From the human T2T-CHM13v2.0 reference genome, Homo sapiens, in the NCBI RefSeq assembly GCF_009914755.1, contig NC_060926.1: a stretch of DNA of 64,000 nucleotides; one strand, given 5' to 3'. The position numbers were made by a program, and so were the translations under genes. Position 1 is the first letter of the stretch, and the number at the start of each line of letters is the position of its first letter. Below are positions 12,700 through 25,071 of this stretch, in pieces. Under the pieces are notes generated by a model that had not been told where the DNA came from, did not search any database, and saw only the letters and a program-made list of their open reading frames with translations.

Positions 12700-14190
12700 T
12701 CTGGATAATATAGGGCCTTGTCAAGTTTGAACTTTATTTGAATGAATGGGAAGTCAATGAAGGGATTTAAGCAGGAGATTAACATAATCTGATTTATATT
12801 TAAAGAGATACTTTTGGCTTGTCTTTAAATAATTAAGATGATGTGAACAAAAGTGGAAAAAATTGGAACAGTTAAGAGGTTACTGTGGTGGTCCATGGGA
12901 GGATGACAGTGACTTGATTTAGCATGATATTAGTGCAGAAACAAAAAGAAAATGGTGTGAGCTTTTTTTGTGTGTCTGGCAAAATTAAAGACTTATTTAT
13001 AAGTTGTAAATGAAAAGTAAAAAAAGAAAGAGGGATTAAGAATAACATCTAGATTTCTGCCTGGCATAGCTGAATTAATGTTGATTGTATTTACCAAGAT
13101 AGAAGAATCTGAGGGAATAACATGATTGAGGACTAATGGAGTGGATAAGAATGTCGATTTTATCTATGTGAAGCCAGAAATATGTGGATGACATTCAAAT
13201 GGAGATATCAACTAAACAACTAGATAAGTTAGCTCAGAGCTGAAATGTGCATTTGTGGCATAAATTTGAGTATATTTTGCATGACATTGAAAGTTATAGG
13301 AATGGACATTATCTTGTAAGAAGAGGATAAAGCTCAGGCCAGCCTGGACTATTCAATAATTGCACCGTGGGTAAAGGAGTAATAAAAAAGGAAAATGATC
13401 CCTAAATAGGAAGTCAGTGTGGCGATTCCTCAGGGATCTAGAACTAGAAATACCATTTGACCCAGCCATCCCATTACTGGGTATATACCCAAAGGACTAG
13501 AAATCATGCTGCTATAAAGACACATGCACATGTATGTTTATTGCGGCACTATTCACAATAGCAGAGACTTGGAACCAACCCAAATGTCCAACAATGATAG
13601 ACTGGATTAAGAAAATGTGGCACATATACACCATGGAATACTATGCAGCCATAAAAAATGATGAGTTCATGTCCTTTGCAGGGACATGGATGAAATTGGA
13701 AATCATCATTCTCAGTAAACTATCGCCAAGGACAAAAAACCAAACACCACGTGTTCTCACTCATAGATGGGAATTGAACAATGAGAACACATGGACACAG
13801 GAAGGGGAACATCACACTCTGGGGACTGTTGTGGGGTGGGGGGAGGGGGGGAGGGATAGCATTAGGAGATATACCTAATGCTAAATGACGAGTTAATGGG
13901 TGCAGCACACCAGCATGGCACATGTATACATATGTAACTAACCTGCACATTGTGCACATGTACCCTAAAACTTAAAGTATAATAATAATAATAAAAAAGA
14001 AAGCAGAGTTACAAAAATTAATAAAGATGTGTTTTTCAAGGAGAAGAAGGTCAACTCAGTCAAATATTGTTAAAACACACTCAATAATATAAACACAGAA
14101 TAGCCCACTGGATTCTTAGATGACAATTTTAGTTGACAATTGCAAAATACAGACAAAAACAGTTTTAGAAGAATGGTATGGATTAAGCCA
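12700..14190 (-). mobile_element. L2 fragment interrupted by L1PA
   Basis: gatttaagcaggagattaacataatctgatttatattt; ggtcaactcagtcaaatattg...cccactggatt resumes after the L1PA. Confidence 0.65.
13409..13998 (+). mobile_element. 5'-truncated young L1PA (L1PA2/3-like)
   Basis: ORF2 C-terminus ([10 protein letters not shown]...KIWH-type) plus 3' UTR with gctaaatgacgagttaatggg and an (AAT)n/A tail. Confidence 0.95.
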
Positions 14191-14319
14191 AGATGTAATT
14201 TAAATTAAATGTAATTAAAGATTGAGTCAGTTTTATTCTCATATTTTACTATTTGTTTTCTATTTGTGCCATGTGTGCCTTATTCCTTTATTGTTTCATT
14301 CCTGCCTTGTTTTGCATTA

Positions 14320-15510
14320 CTTATTTTATTTGGGGATGCTATTAGATTTGCAAGAAAATTGTGAAGATATTGTAAAGGGTTTGCATACATTTGACATCTG
14401 CTTTCCTAACATCTGTTGCAAGGCTTAACATCTCGCATTGGTATGGTATATTTGTCTCAATTAAGGAACAAATATTGATACATTATTATTAACTGAAATC
14501 CATACTTTATTCAGATTCTCTTGGGTTTTATCTAATTTTTCTTTTTCTTACAGGATTCCATCCAATATACCATATTACATTTAGTCATCATGTCCTTAGG
14601 AGTTCCTTAGCTGTAAGAGTTTCCTATATTTCCTTGTTTACATGAACCTGATGGTTTTGAAGAGTGCCAAGTCAAGTATTTTGTACAATTTATCTAAATT
14701 TGGATTTGTCTGATGTTTTCCTCATGATTTAGATTGTTATTAGATACATATGTATTATCAACATGATTTATCGCTATTGATATTGATCTCGATAATGTAG
14801 ATTAGGTAGTAGTATTTTTCCACTGTAAGATGATTCATTTTGAGGCAATTTTGAGAAATCTATGATGTCTGGTTTGAGAGTGTTTTTTTTTTTTGCATTC
14901 TTAAGCAAGCAGACCTCCAATCATTCCATCTTCATTTGTTAAAAAGATTCTCATTTTTCCATTGAATTGCCTTGGTTCTTGGTCTAAGATAGTTGACTAT
15001 ATTTGTGTGGGTCTATTTCTGGGCTGTCTATTCTGGTCCATTTATGTGTTCATTATTTGTGTATGTATTATTTCTGCAACACTATGCTGTCTTGATTACA
15101 ATAGTTTTACAGCAAATCTTAAAATAAGATCATGTGAATCCTTTTGCTTGGTTCTTCTTCAATATTATGTCAAATATTTTTAAGTTCTTGTTGCTCCATT
15201 TAATTTTAGATTCAGTTTATTGATAACTACAACATAAATTGGACTTTAATGGGGATTACATTCAACAAACACCTCAAGTTGTAAAAAAGTGAAGTTTAAA
15301 TAATGCTGAGCCTTCTAACATATGAGTATGGAGCATCTCTCTTATAATTTAGGTATTTGATTTCTTCCATCAGTTTTCCACAGATATGTCATTTACATTA
15401 TACTTCATTATGTTTTATTCTAGCTTTCCACAGATATGTCATTTACATTGTACTTCATTGTTTTTTATTCTAGCATATGTGATTTATTACTATTTTGAAT
15501 TCTAGTTGTT
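14320..15510 (-). mobile_element. Old L1M fragments (L1MC/MD 3' UTR followed by ORF2)
   Basis: aactgaaatccatactttattcagatt...ggattccatcc; ttttccattgaattgccttgg...gtgtgggtctatttctggg. Confidence 0.7.
15375..15474. repeat. Tandem duplication, 2 x 50 bp
   Basis: tttccacagatatgtcatttacatt(a/g)tacttcatt...ttttattctagc repeated with period 50. Confidence 0.95.
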
Positions 15511-15619
15511 CATTGAATTGTTTATGATGTTAAGGAAAAATCTATCTGCCCTCTGAAAATATTTATGGAATCATACATTTCCTCATGGACACACTACATT
15601 TGGCAAGCATGTATTGTCA

Positions 15620-15690
15620 AAAACCCAGACTTCTGAAATATGTCCATGTAACAAATCTGCACTTGTACCCCCTAAATTTATTTTAAAAAT
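15620..15690 (+). mobile_element. L1PB/L1MA extreme 3' tail fragment
   Basis: aaacccagactt...ccatgtaacaaatctgcacttgtaccccctaaat. Confidence 0.65.
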
Positions 15691-16989
15691 CCATATTTAT
15701 TAACGTGGAAAGTAAGGTCATGGTAATTGTTCAATAAAAATAGTAATAAACAGCTTTAATAAACTTCCAATTTCTAAAAACATACAAATTTAAGAGTACG
15801 AACAAATGAACTCCAAATCATTAATAAATGAACTTTTGGAGAGTGGGATATGAGCTGCATTTTTCTTTGAGCTTCATTATAATTGATAATTATTCCATAT
15901 CAAATAGCATTATTATATAATAAAAATTAAGCAAGAAGATATTGTTCATAAACTAGAATTGAGACTTATTTGTGTCACAAGCCTGAGAAATTTTAGCCCC
16001 AGTCATCCTAAATCAACTTACTACAGACAGCCAACATCAGACCATACAATATAGGCAAGAGGAAGTCCTGACATAATCATAACAGCTCCAGACTTAAGAG
16101 CAAAGTAGTTAGTTTGATTCCTTGTACCACCTATTTGAAGTTCTATGATGTTGTCCAAGTTACTAAACCTCAATAAATCCTAGTGGATTGGGATCAGGAG
16201 GCAACTAGAATTCTTAGAAGATGAAGTCTTCTTTCAAATATACATTCAGTTTATGCCATGAAATAATTTAGGTATTAAGAAAACATCAATAACAACTAAG
16301 GTACTAAATATTCACAATGTGAAATGCCTAGGCAAAGGCATGCCAACTTTGTGTGGTACTGCTGCCAAATACCAGCTTAGCATATTGCCTAAAATAAGGC
16401 ACTTTTTCTCTACCTTGTTTGTGTTTACAAATAGAAAATATATTACTGTCAGTCAGATAGACATCAAACACATGAATACACCTATTAATGTACACATCTT
16501 TTAAAACCCGGTATTTGTCCCTTATTATGTAAATATTTGTGTGAATTTCAAGGTATTTTTTGTCAGGTTTATAAGATTTACATACACAAAAATGCATTCT
16601 TTTAGGGTTAGTTCTATGAATTGTGACAAATGTATATAGCAATGAAAACACCCTCACAATCAAGAAATTGAGTATTTTTATTAGTACCTCAAAAACTTCC
16701 CTTTTGTTCCTTTATAGACAACCATTACATCATCTCCCATTCCCTGAGTATAGCTAAACTGATTTTGATCCTAACAGTTATGCCTATTCCAGAATTCCAT
16801 ATACATTGAATCACAGAGTTTGTCATTTTTTATATTTTGTTTCTGGCTTCTTTCACTTAGTATCCAGGTCTTGAAAATTAATGTTGTACATGTGTCAGTA
16901 ATAAACCTCTTTTCATTGCCAAGTAAGTATGGAGGCGTTGAATTACTTCCTTCAAACCATGATAGATATGAAGATAGTTTCCAGTTCGT

Positions 16990-16990
<1 letters not shown>

Positions 16991-17020
<30 letters not shown>
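16991..17020. repeat. (GT)15 microsatellite
   Basis: Direct read. Confidence 0.97.
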
Positions 17021-17022
<2 letters not shown>

Positions 17023-17338
17023 TAGGGGTTGGGGGGTGTTTGTGTGACACTAACTAAAGCCCCTGTCAATATTCACGTAGAGATCTTTTTATGGACATAT
17101 ATTTTTCATTCTCTTGCATAAATATATATAAGTGGGACTGAGTTTTATGGTACATGTTTAACTTTATTAGAATCTATCCAAACACTTTCTAACGTGGTTG
17201 TATTATTTCCCATTCCGAGAACCAGTGAATGAGAGATTCAGTTTCTCTGTATCCTCATCTCCACTTAGTACTGTCAGTATTTTAGCTGTACTATGGTTTG
17301 GGTCTGATATCTCATCATAGTTATGATGCCTAATGATC

Positions 17339-17454
17339 TTATAATGGATAATTATTCCATATCAAATAGCATTATTATATAATAAAAATGAAGCAAGAAG
17401 ATATTTTTCATAAACTAGAATCAAGACTAATTTATGTCACAACCCTGAGAAATT
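17339..17454 (+). repeat. Dispersed direct copy of 15877-15992
   Basis: 116 bp, 8 substitutions and no gaps by manual alignment. Confidence 0.93.
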
Positions 17455-17740
17455 GAGCATGTTTTTGCTGTGCTTATACAAAATCTACATAATTCTTTGG
17501 TAGACTGTCTATTTATATATTTTTACCATTCAAAGGGGTTATCTTCTCATTATTTAGTTTTGAAAGTTTTTCACACAATCTGGATACAAGTGCTGTGTCA
17601 AGTATGTGTTTTGTAAATATTTTTTCATAATAGCTCCTATTTTAGCAATGTTATTTAAAGAAGAGAAGTTATTAAACATACAACATTTTTCTTCTTTTTC
17701 ATACTTGTGTTGGCTATCCAGTTCCTTTGCATTTATATAT

Positions 17741-18246
17741 TCTATTAGTTTTCTGGGACTGTCATACAAAATATCACAAATTGAGTGGCTTAAAATAGCT
17801 TAAATTTATTCTACAATTCTGGAAGCCAGAAATCTGAAATCAGTATCGTTGTCCAAAATCAAGTTGTGGGCAGGGTTATACTCCATCCAGGGCTGTAGAG
17901 GAGAATCAACTCTTCCCTTCCTCCAGCTGCTGGTGGATGCTGTCCTTCTTTGGTTGGCTGTATCACTGCCATGTTGAAGGCCAACACCATCAAATCTCTC
18001 TGACATCATCTTTTTCTCTGTAGGTCAGTGTCAAATATCTGTCTGTTCCCATTTATCAGGACACCTATGATTGCATTTAGGAACCACCTGGGTAATCCAG
18101 AATAATCTCTCCATCTCAAAATTCTTAATTTAATTTCATTTGTAGGATGACATTCCTCCATTTTTTTTCTACATATGGTAACATTTCTACATTCCAGAAA
18201 TTAGGCTGTGGATATTTGCTGAGGGACCATTTTTTAGCCTACCACA
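17741..18246 (-). mobile_element. MLT1C/D-like MaLR solo LTR
   Basis: tattagttttctgggactgtcatacaaaatatcacaaattgagtggcttaaa...ccagaataatctctccatctcaa...agcctaccaca. Confidence 0.85.
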
Positions 18247-21200
18247 TATACAAATTTTAGAATCAGCTTGCTTCTATCTAAAAAAAAGTCTTGATTGTTT
18301 TGCATTATGTCTATAGATCATGTTGGGGAGAATTGGCTTAATTACTATATCTACCAATCATGAATATAAATATAATATGTCTAGCAATTTAAGTACCTTT
18401 GATTTTTTTCCATCAGTGTTTTGTAGTTTATGGAATATAAATTTTGTATGTATTTTATTAGAGTTTACTTAATGCATGAAATAAAAGTTGAATTCTCAAT
18501 CAAATATAATATCTAATAATTGACACTAAAGGATAGCTGTGCACTTATCTAAAATGCTGTTATATGTTGTAGTATAAAACCAGATGAATACTTCAGCATT
18601 ATATAAGCAATAATATTAAGATACATTAGGCAATGCTATATTTTTGGTTGTCATAGCAGTATAATTTGGTTAATATTTATACAGAATCCAATAATTTTAA
18701 TATATTTTGATGCTATGACTTCTGCATCATTAATACCTGTAAGTAAAATAAGTATGTTTTCAAAGCAAATACCAATCTCTCTTTGGAATTAAATGCAGTA
18801 ATAACAGAGGGTCTCTGAGGCTGTTTTCATTTTTTCTTCTACTTTCTACATCAAGAGAATAACACCTTTCTTCTTTTTTTTGTTTCTGTTTGCCTGCTTT
18901 TTTCCCTTTTTCTTCCTTTTTCATTTACTGTCCTTTCTGAAGAGAGTAGGGTGAAAATGAAGGTGGTCAGAACTCTTCTCATACTTAGATTCTGAGGAAA
19001 ATACAAAGCTCAGATAACCAGCAAAGAGACTACATATATGTACTACATGCACTAAAAGATGTCATTTCGTCTAGGATATGAGTCTCCAATTTAGGTTCTA
19101 TAGATTTGTTAAAGGTAGCGAGAAAATGGCCATGCACTTCCTGAAGGCTTACCTTGAACCTGGCATGTGAGTGAACATTATATATGTATAGGAGTTTTTT
19201 AACTACTACTAGCAAAACTTGTATTTATAAAAAATTTGTATTTGAAACATTTGTAACAATAATTTACAAACAACTGAAATAGGAAGGTTTTTCTGTGGTA
19301 AGACAACCAGATGTAATTAATATATGCAACTTCTTTGCTGTTTCCGGAATGGAATAAAATTACCATTAACACTAGAAATATACTAAATAGAATTTTAGGT
19401 TTGCTTAAATATGTAAATTTAAAGGAGGAAAGCAAACAATAAAAGTTGGCAGCTCACTATAGCAGCCATCTCCTATCTAATTTTGAGACCATCATTTCCT
19501 CTACTACATTTCTCACCATAAGCTTACAAAGCAGCAGTGGATGGATCTGAAGATTCATTAGATTAATTAAATTGATTAAAGTCACCAAGCCATCAAAAGT
19601 TCAAGCGAGAAGTCAAGTTCACCTCCAACACATTTTAAAGGCCAGACTAATTCCATAACAGCATGCCATTAGCTCCCCACAGATGTTTGCTATACAGAGA
19701 GCCTTACAAGTATGGTATATATAAAGGAAAGCAGAGTTGGAGGAAATAAGAATGAAGAAATTTATTGGTAATAAGAAGTTGGAAATTCTTCCCAAAGTCT
19801 TGATTTAGCTTTCTTCAACGTCTGCCAACCAAGATGGGAAATCAGATAAAAATGACTAAAACTAACTTCGACTCAGAGCAGCTTTTTATTCAGGCAAAGG
19901 AGTGACAGGTATATTTATTGCCTAACCAAAGAAGAATAGACTCATAATTGACCTTTGTTTAGAAAATAACTTCTCTTCCTTTCCATAAAATGACTTCTTT
20001 TTGGATAACCATATACAAATACTGCTTTACATTATGTTCCTTATCAAAACTTAAAGCAATTTATGCCTGTACAATACATTCATAATTTACAACACATTGG
20101 TACACTTTTGTATTGATATTTTACTGTAAACAGCCTATTTCCAACTTAGAGTCTATTATTATGTCTGAAAACAAGTGAAATGAGAGCATTCAAAGTTGGG
20201 ATTAGTGAGCTCTGAGGCTCTTAGGAGCTGTAAAATGCCTTCTTAAAAAGACAAATCCCATATAGCACTGAATTACTCCAGTGACCTTGAGAACTTGCAT
20301 GTTCTGTATTTCACATAATCTTATACACAGCTCTTGTTTATATATAAAGTTGAGAGACTTATATAGCTAATATATCTGCCTTATTTAAAATACATAACAA
20401 TTTTCTTTATTTTCTGTTAAAGTTAAGTTTTATCATATTAAATACACTGAAATAAAAGCCTTTGCTACTATAATTTCTAATATTTTTGTAAGTATTCTGA
20501 TAGGTGAACAGCAACATCCTTTCTCCCTTATGCACAATTACCACCTGAACTTTGTTTCTTATTTTAAAAGATATTTTCTAATTTATAATATCTAATTGTA
20601 TGTTTAGATAAAAATTAAAAGAATATTTACTAATCAAAAAACTTTCCTCAAAAGTATATTTATTAATAGAATTTATTTTGAATAACCTCTTATGGATTTA
20701 GTATTTCAGAGTTTATCTCCACAATACTATGTAATGGAATTAATAAAAATATAAATTAAATAATAGCTAGATATACAAATCTAATAATGTAATCTAGTAA
20801 TGCCACCTAATGCATTTACTCACTGGCCTTTGTAAGTTTACTTTAATGTGTCTGAAGTTCTAATATATGTATTTTTCAAAAATAAATAAATGTGCCCCTT
20901 AAAGTATTTTTTTTTTACAATACTAGACGATCAGAATGCATCAATGCTTTTATCTTTCATTTTATTAGATATATCCATATCTGTGTTTCTTAGGCTCTTT
21001 TACTCTCAGTTTTGGGGACGTTCTCATTAAATCAGCCTCTCATATTAAATCCATACTGTTGATAAAACTAAGAATAAACATAAGTTCTTTAGTCTTTCTC
21101 ATGAAACTAGGAGAATTTTTCTAAAGTGTTCATAGATAAAACCACTGACCATTTTGAAAATGAGACCAATATTGAAATAAGAGATTCATTCTACTATAAT

Positions 21201-22758
21201 GACATTAAACTTAATCTCCTATTTGAATTCACCCAGACCAAAGGTTTTTGTAATGAAAGACATTACAAAGTTAATGGTCAGCTGTTATTTTGGGGGCACA
21301 TTTTCTAATAGAAGGTTAACAGATAAGTAGAAAAATCAATATTTAATTTTTCTGACAGTCCAAGGCAATTTAAATATTTTTTTCTGAATGTACGATATGG
21401 AAATGCACTCACATAAAACATAGTTTGAAGATTGGGAAGCTGGAACGAAGAGTCACGAATGCACTGAGGCATGGTACTGAGCAAAGTTTAGGAAAGAAAA
21501 AATTGATGAGATTATCTTTACAAGTGGAAGTTATACAATTGAACAAGGGGAAGTTATAGCAATGTCATGGGAATGCTTTAATGTAGAGTCTCACCCCAAA
21601 TATTGAGGACCATCTGGTGGACCATCAGGCCTCTTTCTGGCTTATGACTTTAGTGATAGGAAAGGTAAGAAGAGCTTGGAAACTTAGATTTCAGTTCCCA
21701 GGTCAATAAGATAAAGACTCAGACAAAATTCTAACTTCAGGAAGAGAAAAGGTGCCACAGGGAAGCATCTTGGGATGTCAGAGTAGTCGCCGTGAGGGCA
21801 TAAGCAGATGGCATTAGCTCATTTCTTCTTTAGAAAAACTTCCCTAGAGACTTTTGTTCATAGCCAAATTTCAAATGCTTTATTGGATATCTTTACAGTG
21901 TATCCAGTTTCCTGAATTTAAGAGCAGAGAGTCTATCCAGAGCTAGAGAAGAGAGAGACAATGGGAAAGGTGCTATCGAAGAGAGGAACAGAAACCAAGT
22001 AGGTGAGAGAATGTTCCATGGAGTTCAGGCTAGAAATGGGAAGAGCTGTCAACCGACAAGAACATGGTATACTTTTATTGTCAAAAACACATGGGAGCTT
22101 GTCATCTAAATTCATCTGCTCTAATCTTCAGAAGATGACAAGCACATCTTTCAGCCTAATTGTGTTCACCTGTCACCATATAGGTGGGAGGGCTCCCTGG
22201 GATTGCATGAATGGAATGGAGACTGGAGAAAAGTCATTACACTCAGTTCAAACAGCTGAAAAAAAGTTTTTTGCAAGGGTTAACATTAACAGTGTAGTTA
22301 GAATAATTCAGAATGCTAATAGAAATAAGAACAATGAAGATAATATTTTCCTAATTAATTAATTAACTCCTGCCAATCAGGCTTCTTCACAAATACCTTT
22401 AATTATGTAGTGGTGATATCTGTCCAACCAAATCATTTCCAGCTTTTAATTGCTCTGAATGTTGGAGAACTCTTAAACATACTGAGACAGAAGTTTCTTG
22501 CTGGGTCTTTTTATCGGCTATAATTATTATTATAATGTTTTACAAACACAAAAATTGGGCTACTGTGTTAGATTATTGTACGTATTTGGGAGAATAGACT
22601 AGTTGTAGAAGAGGAATTACTGGTAACGGATTTGTAAAATGCTCTTTCCTGGGAAGACAGGAGGAGAAGGAAATGCTCTCCTCTGGTCCTGATTCCTGAT
22701 AAGTGGCTATCCACCCCGCCACCCCCAAAAGATGAAGACCTCTAGTTTCCATACCTGA

Positions 22759-23155
<397 letters not shown>

Positions 23156-24984
23156 TGCTCACTGCGATTTCTAAGCATAACATGTAAAAATACAAATGTG
23201 AGTTTTGACTGAAAACAAAGGTAGCCCACCTATATTTCAAAACAGCCCAATAGGCTAGAAATACGTATTCATGTATTGCTTCTGCACATAATGATAGGAT
23301 TAGAAGGCAAAGCCAGTTGCCCCAGTATAGATCACTGGGGATCACTGGTATCACTGGGGTCCAGCGTGGTGGAGTGTTGGCTTTCCTGTTGGCTAACCTT
23401 CCAGAGGGAGCAACAGATGAAGGATCTGCTGACCATTACGCTTTTGTGACATGTCAAGACCTCCTTTATGAAAATGTATCTTCCCCCTCAGGTTGTTCTC
23501 TGTTTCTTCTCTCTCTTCTTCATCAGGTCTTTATGTGCTATCGTCTTCAGCTTGCACTTCCTTTTCATCTAGTTTGCATATTGTGCTCTCTGTCCTAAGT
23601 AGGATAATCTTGACAGGAACTGTCAGTCACTGCTCAAGAGCCCTGCAGCTCCAAGGAGGTGCAGATGGATTTGGAGTTCATGGCTGTGTTCGCTGTTCTT
23701 TTGTAACTGTACATGAAATTTTAAGACACACAAATATATATTTGCACGTGTACCTTTTGAAGCGAAGATACTTGACTGCTTACATCTATTTATATAACAT
23801 GTATTCTATGTGTTTATAAATAGTGCTTTTTTTCCCTTGTTCTGCTGTGAATAATTGTTTCCTTGTCAGATTCCAACATAGCTGCCTTTTGTGCTAATGA
23901 CTCAAACAGGCAAAATAAATATCCATATTTGTTTTATTTTTTGAGAGATGTATTTTCTAAGTGTTTCTCACTGTCATGCAGTTAAAAGGCTTGTAGAATT
24001 ACTTCATGGAAAGTATTTTTTAAGACTTTGCTTAAATTTGCTAGAACTGAAAATTCATATCAACATGTCAGACCCATTCTTCATGCTCCACTTTGCTTTA
24101 TTTGGTTTAGAATTTCCAGGTCACTACAAAGCCAGTGGAAACTAGTTCTACAAATTTTACTTGTGAGGCTACTGAGTTGAATTTTAACTACTTTTAAAAA
24201 GGGTAGAGGCATCAAATACGTGTTACAAATGGACTAACTTCATGGCCAACTATTCATAAGAGATTAATTATAATTTGCAGCTAATATGCTGCCAACCTAG
24301 AGCTTTCACACGAGAAATGGTGCAGTACCTGATTTCACATGCACCTGATTTCACATGTCATGCTCTTCTTCAAGGGTCTAAGTGGTCATGTTTCTCCTTC
24401 CACCTGTGCATCCACCTACCAAGAAGCCAGAAAAAAAGGGATTGCCATTTGGGCACTTCATTTTATAAACTCCCCATCCTTTTGGATTACCTTTGCACAT
24501 TTAAAAACATAAATATGTGCAATACATTCAAAAACCTTTCCAAGGAAAAGGTGCAACAGCAAAATGTGGCCAAAAAGCAACAGAATTTTCTGCACTATTT
24601 ATATTTGGAAATGCGTGGTCTGGATGTCAAGTTGCAGCACCACTGTCACTCCGCATGACCCCTTGGTCCTAGTGCTCTTAGGAGCGAGGTATGGTGATAA
24701 AATTCCCTGGCAATATAACTAATTTTAAAAATCAGTTTGAAGTGTGCATTTTTGGAACAGTGAAAATCATTAATAATAACCAGAATTAACAGACATCTCT
24801 TTCTGTCTTAATGGCATTTAAATATGTCATTTAAATGCCAGTATAACATGAAAATCACTACTATTAATATAATTATAATTAAAATGGCTATCCTGTGCTA
24901 TGTGCTGTGCCAAATTTATATATAAATATAAATACACATTTATTCATGCATATGAATTTAGTTTACATTGTAAATTTTTGAGGT

Positions 24985-25038
24985 TACACACACATATACA
25001 TATATACATTTAAATATGTATATGTATATGTATATATG

Positions 25039-25071
<33 letters not shown>
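24985..25071. repeat. Compound (CA)n/(TA)n microsatellite
   Basis: Direct read. Confidence 0.9.

Larger units (their letters stand above)
16560..18470 (-). mobile_element. Old L1ME/MD element carrying (TG)n, a 116-bp insert and an MLT1
   Basis: cacaatcaagaaattgagtattt, ttctggcttctttcacttag, ggttgtattatttcccattcc, aattttagaatcagcttg motifs. Confidence 0.75.
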
